Origin: Parcubacteria group bacterium GW2011_GWA2_43_11
GTDB lineage: Bacteria; Patescibacteriota; Minisyncoccia; Phycocordibacterales; UBA12088
Length of the DNA stretch: 54,930 bases
Assembly (NCBI GenBank): GCA_000998805.1
Contig: LCFC01000006.1
Location: 24,999 to 79,928 of the forward strand
Direction of reading: 5' to 3'
Shown piece by piece: positions 9,426 through 18,099 of this stretch (position 1 is the first letter of the stretch; every line of letters starts with the position of its first letter). Made by a program: the position numbers and the translations under genes. Under the pieces are notes generated by a model that had not been told where the DNA came from, made no database searches, and worked only from the letters and a program-made list of their open reading frames with translations.

Positions 9426-9861
9426 AAATAAGCTAATATCCATAATTATCGCTAAATTTAAGTTATGTTTATACCAAAGTGGGTAATTATCTTATTTGTT
9501 ATCTGTTAGAACTGGGGTCAGACCCCACACAAAATTTCAAAAATGTGGTCTATTTTTTAAAGCATCTGATTATAAATGTATGTTTCGCGTGCTGTATATA
9601 GGTATCTTTCCTTACAACGTAAATATGCCTTTGCGATTTGTTTACGACTACTGTCGTTCACAAATAACGCAAAGCTTTTCGATGTCGGGTATCGACGATA
9701 CGTCATTAAGTAAATTCGTCACAAGCTCCTCATTTACTAAGTGCGTTTCGTCTAGGCTCAGCTGTGCTTAAGCACATGCTTCCGCCTTTCGATACCCCAC
9801 GTAACGTGCATTGGCACGTTACTCCATCTCCACCAAAAAACCGCCCTCAAAGGCGGTGTTT

Positions 9862-10268
9862 TGGTGGAGATGGCGGGTATCGAACCCGCGTTCAAAAAGA
9901 ATTCTATGAAATGCTCTACAAGCGTAGATTGTTTTTTTCCGCCAGCTGGCGGATCTTGGAAGGGTAGGGCGAAACAAACAAAATCTAACCTTCCTACCAT
10001 ACTTAGTCTCGAGTGGTACGGTGATGGTAACCATACTTCCTCATAGCCGAGTAGTATTACGCCCGTATCAGTATATCGGCATCAACCAAATCGGACGCCG
10101 CTTGGGTAACTATGTGTTACGCAAATGCGGGAGCGAATTGTATCGGTGATACAACAGCCCGTGCAGTTTTGTTTGCACGTATTGGTTTTCCAGTCAGTTT
10201 AACGACTTACTTGGTGGTCGGCTTGCACATCTCAAAGAACAATCCTTTTGTCTAAGCCAGTCATCCCC
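9862..10268 (-). ncRNA. ssrA: tmRNA
   Basis: 5' GGGGATGACTGGCTTAGAC and 3' GCGGGTTCGATACCCGCCATCTCCACCA (tRNA-like domain). Tag ORF from resume codon GCA at 10176 to TAA at 10119-10117 encodes ANKTARAVVSPIQFAPAFA. Terminator ccgcc-ctcaaa-ggcgg lies at 9841-9856. Confidence 0.85.
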
Positions 10269-10306
10269 GTGTTGGGTTCGATGCTTCAAACACAGAACGG
10301 GAACTT

Positions 10307-10588
10307 CTATTTATATTTTATCAAACGCTCCAAGTCTCTCTTGGTATCACGTTCCTTGATACTTTCACGCTTGTCTGCCTTCTTTTTACCTCGAACAAGA
10401 GCGAAATTTAGCTTGAGCAACCTCTTATTAGTATACAACGAAACAGGGACAAGTGTCAATCCTCTGGAAGCCTCTAAACCTATGAGTTTATTGAGTTCTT
10501 TGCGAGTGAGAAGGAGTCTTCGTGGACGTTCAGCATCATAATCCTTGCCAGCATTTGTGGGTTGGTAAGGTTCTACAGATGAACCCAC
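10307..10588 (-). CDS. smpB: SmpB, C-terminal two thirds only (N-terminal region degraded)
   Basis: RRLLLTRKELNKL...LVPVSLY...GKKKADKRESIKERD matches SmpB. In-frame TAA at 10678-10676. No ATG, GTG or TTG start upstream of the GTG at 10588. Confidence 0.7.
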   Translation of the reverse strand: MGSSVEPYQPTNAGKDYDAERPRRLLLTRKELNKLIGLEASRGLTLVPVSLYTNKRLLKLNFALVRGKKKADKRESIKERDTKRDLERLIKYK

Positions 10589-10868
10589 AAGATATGCCTC
10601 ACCTCCTCGAATAATAACGTGGGCTCCTTCCAGCTTTCCTCTTCCGGCATAGCTTTTAGCATAGCATACCTGTTTTTACTTATATACCAGGTAAACTTTT
10701 TTGTTGCTGTGTTATGTGAATAACTGGTACACTATCGGTACTATGATCCCGTTAGAGACGAGAACTGTGATACTGTATAATTAAAGTAAGTTACGTGAAT
10801 ATATATGATGAAATTCAAAAACATTATCAATATAACCGACGGTCACTCTGTGACCTGTCTCTAACGGG

Positions 10869-11876
10869 ATGATACCAACTATACAAAAGCTTGCGAGCAT
10901 CATGATGACTCCCGGTAAGGGCATTCTCGCTGCCGATGAGAGTGAAAGCACCATGAGCAAACGCCTCACGTCTATCGGTGTATTAGATAATACTGAAAAT
11001 GGCAGGAGGTTTCGAGATGTTCTCTTTACTGCACCGGATGTAGAGGAATATTTAAGTGGGGTGATACTCTTTGATTCCACGATTCGACAGTCGAGCAACT
11101 CTGGCGAGCCATTTGCTCGACTCCTTGAAAGGCTAGGTATTATGCCGGGAATCAAGGTAGACAAAGGTCTGCAACCAGTTCCCAACTTTGCGCAGGAAGA
11201 AATAAGTCATGGGCTTGATGGGCTTCGTGAACGACTTGATGAGTACTATCAACTTGGAGCACGTTTTACGAAATGGCGGTCAGTGATACGCATCACTGAC
11301 GATACTCCCAGTGACACGATACTACGGGCAAACGCGCAAGTACTGGCATACTATGCCGCTATAGTGCAGGAACGTCATATGGTACCGATGGTCGAGCCAG
11401 AGGTGCTCTTTGAGGGGACGCACACTCTGGAGCGGTCTGGCGAAGTACTCCACAAGACACTCAAGTACGTCTTTGAAGAGCTTCAAGCGTTTCGTGTCTC
11501 ACTTTCCGGATTGGTATTGAAGACAAGTATGGCACTCCCTGGAAGTGAGTCAGGAATAGTACTCAATCCTATGCTTATTGCGCGAGAGACAGTAAAGGTC
11601 CTCAAAGATGTTGTGCCATTTTCTACTGCAGGTATCGTCTTTCTTTCGGGTGGACAAACTCCGATTCAAGCTACAGAGAACCTCAACGCCATCGCGCTTT
11701 TTGATAACCTTCCTTGGCCAGTAACCTTTTCTTACTCCCGTGCACTTGAAGAGCCAGTACTTGAAGCATGGAAAGGGCTTGATGCGAATACCGTTGCGGC
11801 ACAGAAAGCTCTCTTGCACAGACTTTCGTTAAATGTCGCTGCTCGTAAGGGTGTGTATAAAAAAGAAATGGAATAG
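10869..11876 (+). CDS. fba: Class I fructose-bisphosphate aldolase
   Basis: PGKGILAADES motif and about 335 aa length, typical of class I FBA. Confidence 0.85.
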   Translation: MIPTIQKLASIMMTPGKGILAADESESTMSKRLTSIGVLDNTENGRRFRDVLFTAPDVEEYLSGVILFDSTIRQSSNSGEPFARLLERLGIMPGIKVDKGLQPVPNFAQEEISHGLDGLRERLDEYYQLGARFTKWRSVIRITDDTPSDTILRANAQVLAYYAAIVQERHMVPMVEPEVLFEGTHTLERSGEVLHKTLKYVFEELQAFRVSLSGLVLKTSMALPGSESGIVLNPMLIARETVKVLKDVVPFSTAGIVFLSGGQTPIQATENLNAIALFDNLPWPVTFSYSRALEEPVLEAWKGLDANTVAAQKALLHRLSLNVAARKGVYKKEME

Positions 11877-11878
11877 GG

Positions 11879-12012
11879 TAGGACTTATTTAAATGGCGCA
11901 CCATAGGGGTACTTCATTTTTGTAAAGCCTTCGGCTAACAAAAATGAAGTACCCCTATGGTGACTATAAAAATGGGAATGTCCTTGTGGCACATCCATTT
12001 GAATAAGTCCTA
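11879..12012. repeat. Nested palindromic element, TAGGACTTA family, copy 1
   Basis: Outer arms taggacttatttaaatgg / ccatttgaataagtccta. Inner perfect 23-bp arms caccataggggtacttcattttt / aaaaatgaagtacccctatggtg. Begins 2 nt after the fba stop. Confidence 0.85.
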
Positions 12013-12145
12013 TTGGTCGGGTTACCGAACACTCTAAAATATACTGTAGTAGTGCCCAAGTACATGACCAGCATTTGAAGCTTGAAGATGTTATAATCAA
12101 CGTTATTGAAGAATACAACAAAAAATTATTAGATTACGTACTACT

Positions 12146-13372
12146 ATGAATAAAATCCACATATCATTTTTTCTAAGCGTTCTTGCGGTTTGTTTTGGTC
12201 TGTTTATGCCTGATGTCACACACGCTATGGTGATACGTGGAGGTGAGACATTTGAGCTCGAAGCGTATACCACCCTGGAGGACGATTTGTACGTAGCTGG
12301 GAAAACAGTTTCTTTGGCAGGGACTACCACCGGGGACGTTTTTGCTGTTGGCTCAGAAGTAGTATATTCCGGCGTGTCTACCGAAGACATGCTTTTTGCA
12401 GGGGGAAAGGTGAATGTTACAGGTCTTGTCCAAGGTGACCTACGTGTACTTGGCGGAGAGATTACACTCAGTGGGCACGTCACAGAAGATGTTGTACTTA
12501 TTGGCGGAACGATTCAAATCACAGAAGGAGCAGTTATCGACGGTGATGTGTTGGTGGTAGGAGAGTATGTATCTAGCAAGGGAACCATAGGTGGTGTTGT
12601 GGAAGCGTATACACGAGTTGCGGAGTTTACTGGAGGTAGTGTAGGAGGTTCTCTACGAGCTTACACACGAGAATCTCTGTCAGTCACAGGGACAACTCGC
12701 ATTGAGGGAAGTCTTGAATACAAAGCACCTCATGAAGCGTTTGTATCTGAGACTGCGTCTATTGAAGGAGAGCGTCTCTACACCCCGCTTCAGACTTCGC
12801 GTGCAGACAAGGGAAAAGTAGATCTAGTAAAACTTATCGAGCTGATACTCATTACTGTGGCTGCTGCGGTGACTTTGGTGTTTTTCTTCCCAGCGCATAC
12901 GCGTGCTATGACAGATATAGCGCTTAGAAAAGGCAACCTTATCAATTTTGTAAAAGGCTTTTTGATTTTGATTTTTGTCCCGATTATTTCCCTACTCGTT
13001 ATGGTGACTATGGTAGGAATCGTTCCAGGACTCATTATGCTCTTCGTGTATTTTGTTCTTGTGTGTGTAGCCCTAGCGCTTGCACCGGTACTTGCAGGGA
13101 TATTTCTTGCTCGATCGTTTAAAAAAACGAGTGAAGAGCTTTCCCTAGCTTGGGTATCATTTGGAGCTATCGCCTTTACCTTGATTTCAATTTTGCCTTT
13201 TATTGGATTTGCTGTTCGTCTACTCGTTTTCCTCCTCGCGTTTTATGCAGTAACTGTATTACTCTACGAACATGTTTGGGTACAGCGAAAAAAACAACAG
13301 ATTGAAGATGAAAAACCACATCATGACACAAAAGAAACCAGTGAGTCGGAAACGACCACAACCACTCCGTAA
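12146..13372 (+). CDS. Membrane protein with N-terminal Gly/Val-rich repeat domain and C-terminal multi-TM domain
   Basis: Signal/TM segment, repeated G.V.GDV-type motifs (bactofilin-like look), then several hydrophobic helices. Confidence 0.55.
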   Translation: MNKIHISFFLSVLAVCFGLFMPDVTHAMVIRGGETFELEAYTTLEDDLYVAGKTVSLAGTTTGDVFAVGSEVVYSGVSTEDMLFAGGKVNVTGLVQGDLRVLGGEITLSGHVTEDVVLIGGTIQITEGAVIDGDVLVVGEYVSSKGTIGGVVEAYTRVAEFTGGSVGGSLRAYTRESLSVTGTTRIEGSLEYKAPHEAFVSETASIEGERLYTPLQTSRADKGKVDLVKLIELILITVAAAVTLVFFFPAHTRAMTDIALRKGNLINFVKGFLILIFVPIISLLVMVTMVGIVPGLIMLFVYFVLVCVALALAPVLAGIFLARSFKKTSEELSLAWVSFGAIAFTLISILPFIGFAVRLLVFLLAFYAVTVLLYEHVWVQRKKQQIEDEKPHHDTKETSESETTTTTP

Positions 13373-14045
13373 GTCTATCTCACAAGATTCTGTACTTTTT
13401 CTTGAGCGAAAAGCTCGACTCTTGAAACTCAACGCGAAGCTTAAAAAACTATTTCCAAAAGCAGAAATGGCTCTTCGATGGAACACAAATTGGGAGCTCC
13501 TTGTGGCTGTGGAGTTGTCGGCACAATGTACGGATAAAAAAGTAAATGAAGTAACTGAGGTACTCTTTAAAAAATATACAACATTGGAAGCGTACACCAC
13601 CGTAAAGCAAAAAGACTTTGAAAAAGATATTAAATCAACTGGATTTTATAAAAGCAAAGCTAAAAATATTTTAGCTGCTGCAAAACGGGTTACGGAGATT
13701 TATGGCGGAGAGATACCCAAAACCATGAAAGAAATTCTTACTATCCCAGGAGTTGCCAGAAAGACGGCAAATGTAGTACTTGGCAATGCGTATGGTGTCG
13801 TAGAGGGTATAGCAGTAGACACACATGTGCGCCGTTTTGCAACACGGTTTGATCTCTCAGATTCTAAAGACCCTGTAAAAATCGAACAAGATTTAATGGA
13901 GTTAATCCCTAAAAAGGATTGGTTCTCCTTTACCTATCGAGTGATTGAGTATGGACGCACCATAGCACCAGCGCGCGTGTACGATACAAACAAAGACCCG
14001 CTTGTTGCAGTGTACCCTCCTGCAGGTAAAATGTTTCGGGTGTAG
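13323..14045 (+). CDS. nth: Endonuclease III-family DNA glycosylase lacking the C-terminal Cys cluster
   Basis: LVAVELSAQCTD, IPGVARKTANVVL (catalytic Lys) and VDTHVRRF (Asp) are present. The tail has no Cx6Cx2Cx5C. Start is ambiguous (13272, 13308 or 13323) and overlaps the previous gene. Confidence 0.75.
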   Translation: MTQKKPVSRKRPQPLRKSISQDSVLFLERKARLLKLNAKLKKLFPKAEMALRWNTNWELLVAVELSAQCTDKKVNEVTEVLFKKYTTLEAYTTVKQKDFEKDIKSTGFYKSKAKNILAAAKRVTEIYGGEIPKTMKEILTIPGVARKTANVVLGNAYGVVEGIAVDTHVRRFATRFDLSDSKDPVKIEQDLMELIPKKDWFSFTYRVIEYGRTIAPARVYDTNKDPLVAVYPPAGKMFRV

Positions 14046-14086
14046 GTGCATAAGGTATGGGAATGCATATGTGTATGAGGGACGAC

Positions 14087-14116
14087 GCCCATACCCATAC
14101 CCATACCCATACGCAT
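14087..14116 (+). repeat. Hexanucleotide microsatellite (CCCATA)x4 plus one degenerate unit
   Basis: cccatacccatacccatacccatacgcata lies directly upstream of the probable mutY-like start. Confidence 0.8.
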
Positions 14117-14941
14117 ATGATGCTCAGTATGACAGACAAAAAGAAAATAAAAGAACTACAGAAGGTGGTCTGGACACACTACAAGAAAAACGGCCGGCAT
14201 ACTCTTCCGTGGAGAAAAACAAAAAACCCGTATCGAATTCTTGTTTCAGAAATAATGCTTCAGCAAACACAGGTGGCTCGTGTTATTCCTAAATATAGAG
14301 TGTTTTTGAAACAGTTTCCGACTATACAATTGCTCGCTACCGCATCACTTCGTGACGTGTTAGTCGCATGGCAGGGTTTGGGGTATAACAGGCGGGCTCA
14401 GGCACTTCACAAACTCGCAGGGGTTGTGGTAGAGGAGTATATGGGCAAGATGCCTACGGGTTATGAAGTACTGCTTGGGTTGCCTGGCGTTGGTCCCTAT
14501 ACTGCTAGTGCAGTGTGTGCTTTTGCGTACAATGTCCCGAGACCAATGTTAGAAACAAACATACGCACAGTGTTTTTTCACCACTTTTATGCTGATAAAA
14601 AACAAGTGAGTGACCCAGAGCTTTTATTACTTGCAGATGAAATACTTGATACGAAAAATCCCAGAGAGTGGTACTGGGCACTTATGGACTACGGTGCATT
14701 TTTAAAAGAAAGTGGCGTGCGGGTAAACAGTACGAGTAAACAGTACACCAAGCAGTCCAAATTTAAAGGGTCAGACAGGGAAGTCCGTGGAGCACTGTTG
14801 AGGGTACTTACCGAGGGGAGTACCACTGAAAAAAATTTACAAAAACAGACAACATTTTCTTTAGAGAAAATCCAAGAACAACTTACAAAACTTCAAAGAG
14901 AAGGTTTGGTTCAAAAAAAGAGAAATCGGTGGTACGTGTAG
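14117..14941 (+). CDS. mutY: MutY-like HhH-GPD adenine glycosylase lacking the Fe-S Cys cluster, with a C-terminal winged-helix-like tail
   Basis: LPWRKTKNPYRILVSEIMLQQTQV and GLGYNRRA, LPGVGPYTA are present. No Cys cluster after ALMDYGA. Confidence 0.7.
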   Translation: MMLSMTDKKKIKELQKVVWTHYKKNGRHTLPWRKTKNPYRILVSEIMLQQTQVARVIPKYRVFLKQFPTIQLLATASLRDVLVAWQGLGYNRRAQALHKLAGVVVEEYMGKMPTGYEVLLGLPGVGPYTASAVCAFAYNVPRPMLETNIRTVFFHHFYADKKQVSDPELLLLADEILDTKNPREWYWALMDYGAFLKESGVRVNSTSKQYTKQSKFKGSDREVRGALLRVLTEGSTTEKNLQKQTTFSLEKIQEQLTKLQREGLVQKKRNRWYV

Positions 14942-15030
14942 CTTGCTGTTGTTAATATCACGAGTATGTGGTAAAACTTCTTCCAGAAAGTAAACCTTAG
15001 GAAAACGTTAACTCTACAGCGGAGATTACC

Positions 15031-15240
15031 ATGAGTAATTATGTAGGCATAAAAAAAGTGGAAGAAGTTTCAAATATAGCAAGAGTGAACGAGCTACTCA
15101 CATTAAACTGGGAAATCCTCCACATTTGCACAGTCAGTTTTACTTATGAAAGTACGCAAGAAGATGGACTCCCAAGAATCAAAGAATCTCCAGTTTTAAA
15201 AATTGCCACGAGGACACATTATGTTATGGGTAAAAGATAA
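15031..15240 (+). CDS. Hypothetical small protein
   Basis: ggaga RBS 6 nt before the ATG. Terminator ctcgcagtg...cactgcgag at about 15266-15302. Confidence 0.4.
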   Translation: MSNYVGIKKVEEVSNIARVNELLTLNWEILHICTVSFTYESTQEDGLPRIKESPVLKIATRTHYVMGKR

Positions 15241-15378
15241 CCGTACCTCTTGGTTATTGTTTCTTTTTTCAAAACTCGCAGTGATTGCTAGATCCCACTG
15301 CGAGTTTTTTGATTTTACTTTTACTCCGCCACGGGGGGTAAGCTCGCTACTCCTACCCTTCGAGTTCCTCAGGGCAAG

Positions 15379-15473
15379 CCCGCACACACACAAAGACCTT
15401 GTACGTAAAACACCACCTCGTAAGGTGGTATTTTACGTACGCGCATTGCGCAAGGTCTTTGTATGTGTGCGGG
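15379..15473. repeat. Nested palindrome
   Basis: Outer arms cccgcacacacacaaagacctt / aaggtctttgtatgtgtgcggg enclose the hairpins gtacgtaaaacaccacc..ggtggtattttacgtac and gcgcattgcgc. Confidence 0.8.
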
Positions 15474-15622
15474 CAAGCTCAAGGCTCACGGCTCATTACT
15501 CTCGGCTCTTCAGCTATTCAAAAAATCCCTTGAGAAATACCCACACATTGTCTGTATCAATATACCATGTATATATCGAATCGAATCGTTCACTTGGTTC
15601 AACGATAGGATGTACTCTCACA

Positions 15623-17233
15623 TTATGAACACGTTTGTCGCTCGTTGCGCATTTTTTCCAAGAGCGCATCAGCGTCGATATCTGCAAATTGAGCAATGTT
15701 TAATCCAGGATCGTTTCTTTGTGAACTGTGCCAAAAAGCATAGAGGTCAAGTTCGTGTCCTATAACCATACCAAACAGGAGTGCATCAAAACGTCTCGGA
15801 CGTATGATTGACTGTGTTAAGTCTGTAGGTTCAAAAATCTTGAGCTCAACTTCCGCACCGACTTCTCGCCAACTGCCTGCTACTCGTTCGGCAGTCTGTA
15901 CCAGTTCTGGTGTGTTTACGGTAGATAAGGCTACAGAAAGTCGTGTTGTCTCATCATCATCTTCCAGTACGTATATCCCACTTCCTTCTTCGCGTTGCCA
16001 ACCGGCATCTTCTAGAATTTGTCTTGCTCGCTCAATATGGTTCACTGCACTTTTTTCGTCTCCATCTTCTGTATCGGTTTCCTCTCCTGGCGCAGTTTCT
16101 TCTGTGCGTGCTGTGTCATTAGAAGAGGTACTTGTAAGGTAGGAAAAGAGAAGTGGTCCATCAAGGGGTGTTCCGTAACCACGAAATATTTCTCCGACTA
16201 TAGCTTTTTTTGGTGTCGCTTCATCAAGTGCTTCTCGAACTTCTTTGCGCAAAAAAATAGGTTGTCTGTTGTGATTAAAGAAAATACCAAACACGCGTAA
16301 AAGAGGAGCACGATGTATTGCGGTAGTATTTTTTGTATCTGTATTTAAAAATTCTTCCAAGCGCATAGGAGTGATACTATTTACTGCTTGTACGGCACCT
16401 GTCTTGTATGCCGTGAGTGCCTCTTCTTCATTGTTAAAGAGAACAAACTCAATGGTTTGTATGTATGGTGATCCTAATGCAAAATCTTTAAACCTAGTGA
16501 GTTTATATATTGTGGGTATTCCTGATTTATCACGTTCAATCATTTCAATCATGTATGGCCCTGAACCCACAGGGGTAATATTAAATTGACTGAAAGGAAA
16601 CTCTTCTGCTGAAAGACCCTCCCATATGTGTGAAGGGAGTATACCAAGTGTCAGATTTTCAATAAAAGGTGTATATGGTTCTGGCAAGGTAAATGTGACA
16701 GTTCGTTCGTCAATTTGCTCAATCTGTACTCCTTCCCAGTCTGCAAATGACGGGCTTCGTACAGAAGCATTCCCAGCTTGCTCGACAGTAAATACAATGT
16801 CCTTGGCTGTAAGTGGTGTACCATCATGGAATGTTACGTTGTCACGGAGAGTAAATGTATACAGAAGGCCATCCTCTGAAACAGTATAAGATTCTGCAAG
16901 TTCTGGTATGAGAGTACCTTCTGCATCCCTTGAAAGTAGTCCAGCATATACAAGGGCAGTAAGGTCTTTGTCAGCATTGGAAATCGCTAAGAGGGGGTTA
17001 ATAAACCTTGGGGTACCTACAATACCCTCAACATGTCTTCCACCCACCCGAGGTATCTCCACGAAGGTGTTTTTGTTCGCTTGATAGGCGAGTGAGGTTC
17101 CACTTATTATCACAAGCAAAAAAAGTACTCCGATAACCAATCGCTCAAATGAGCTTAGGATACGGAGTCGGTTACATAGGGTGAGAGAGTATGAATATAT
17201 TGCGTCAGGATCAGTGTGTTGATTTGAAGTCAT
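15623..17233 (-). CDS. ABC transporter substrate-binding protein, family 5 (peptide/nickel type), orphan
   Basis: N-terminal TM anchor. LAESYTVSEDGLLYTFTLRDNVTFHDGTPLTAKDIVFT is typical of SBP_bac_5. No permease or ATPase nearby. Confidence 0.8.
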   Translation of the reverse strand: MTSNQHTDPDAIYSYSLTLCNRLRILSSFERLVIGVLFLLVIISGTSLAYQANKNTFVEIPRVGGRHVEGIVGTPRFINPLLAISNADKDLTALVYAGLLSRDAEGTLIPELAESYTVSEDGLLYTFTLRDNVTFHDGTPLTAKDIVFTVEQAGNASVRSPSFADWEGVQIEQIDERTVTFTLPEPYTPFIENLTLGILPSHIWEGLSAEEFPFSQFNITPVGSGPYMIEMIERDKSGIPTIYKLTRFKDFALGSPYIQTIEFVLFNNEEEALTAYKTGAVQAVNSITPMRLEEFLNTDTKNTTAIHRAPLLRVFGIFFNHNRQPIFLRKEVREALDEATPKKAIVGEIFRGYGTPLDGPLLFSYLTSTSSNDTARTEETAPGEETDTEDGDEKSAVNHIERARQILEDAGWQREEGSGIYVLEDDDETTRLSVALSTVNTPELVQTAERVAGSWREVGAEVELKIFEPTDLTQSIIRPRRFDALLFGMVIGHELDLYAFWHSSQRNDPGLNIAQFADIDADALLEKMRNERQTCS

Positions 17234-17342
17234 ACGATTGTATAAAGTGTTCAGTACACATCAACGGATATTTATATATGAACCGTCAGTACTCGTTTTT
17301 TTCAACGGAAAACAAAACACACGTAGTTAAGCCTAACTCGTT

Positions 17343-17573
17343 TTATATAAAAAGAGTTAGAAAAGCTGTACCAGCAAAAAGTACTCCAAGTACAACTGTG
17401 GCTTGGAAGAGTGTTTTTTCAGCTCCACGTCTAGTGTAAAATGTAGAACCCATACCATCTCCACCAAACGCTCCACCAAGTGATGAGCCTCGAGATTGTA
17501 AAAGAATCGCTGTAATTAAAAATATTGCAAGCGCGACTTGTATATATGGAAGTATTGAAGCTATAAATTGCAT
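17343..17573 (-). CDS. secG: Preprotein translocase subunit SecG
   Basis: About 76 aa with two TM helices and LLQSRGSSLGGAFGG, the SecG signature. The internal ATG at 17573 is preferred. Confidence 0.75.
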   Translation of the reverse strand: MQFIASILPYIQVALAIFLITAILLQSRGSSLGGAFGGDGMGSTFYTRRGAEKTLFQATVVLGVLFAGTAFLTLFI

Positions 17574-17728
17574 GAGAGAGATAGTACACTGAATACCAGT
17601 TTCTGACAATATGTTTGAGCTTCTGCTGAAAGTTGACGTTAATGAAAAAATTCCTGTATACTATGCCAACCCTTTACCTATGAAGACAAAAGTCGCATAG
17701 GTTTTACCAATAATAAATATTCGGCATT

Positions 17729-18052
17729 ATGTCAAAAGACACAGCAGTTCAAGTAACACTTCGCCCGTTGGGTGATAAAGTGCTCATTCGACCACTTTCT
17801 GATGATGAGATTGGTACACGTTCTCCTTCTGGCATTATTATTCCCGAAACAGTTAACCGTGATAAGGCCGACCGCGGTGAGGTCGTGGCAGTGGGTCCTG
17901 GTAGATGGGATGAAGATGGAGAAAAGCGCATACCACTCGATGTTGCCGTTGGTGAAATCGTTATTTTCCAATGGGGAGACAAGGTTGAGTACCAAGGAAC
18001 AGAGTACTATCTTGTATCTGAAAGCAATATAAGTGCGGTTATAGAAAAATAG
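17729..18052 (+). CDS. groES: Co-chaperonin GroES
   Basis: LRPLGDKVLIRP...IIIPET...GEVVAVGPG, directly upstream of groEL. Confidence 0.95.
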   Translation: MSKDTAVQVTLRPLGDKVLIRPLSDDEIGTRSPSGIIIPETVNRDKADRGEVVAVGPGRWDEDGEKRIPLDVAVGEIVIFQWGDKVEYQGTEYYLVSESNISAVIEK

Positions 18053-18099
18053 GCACGCTCAGACAGTGCATTTACCAGTAAACGTATTTAATTTTCATT

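Noticed and set aside
9496-10541. Several 60-97-aa ORFs on both strands over the tmRNA region
   Set aside because: They overlap the ssrA gene and its palindromic trailer, and none has an RBS.
13930-14292. ORFs encoding HTHTHT- or MGMGMG-type peptides
   Set aside because: They are artefacts of translating the CCCATA microsatellite and the nth 3' end in other frames.
15203-15765. 141-aa and 100-aa plus-strand ORFs after the small gene 15031-15240
   Set aside because: They run through stacked palindromes and into the 3' end of the convergent SBP gene. They have no RBS.
17640-17728. CIRCE (HrcA) operator upstream of groES
   Set aside because: Only an unrelated hairpin (acctatg..cataggt) is present. 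There is no TTAGCACTC-N9-GAGTGCTAA match.
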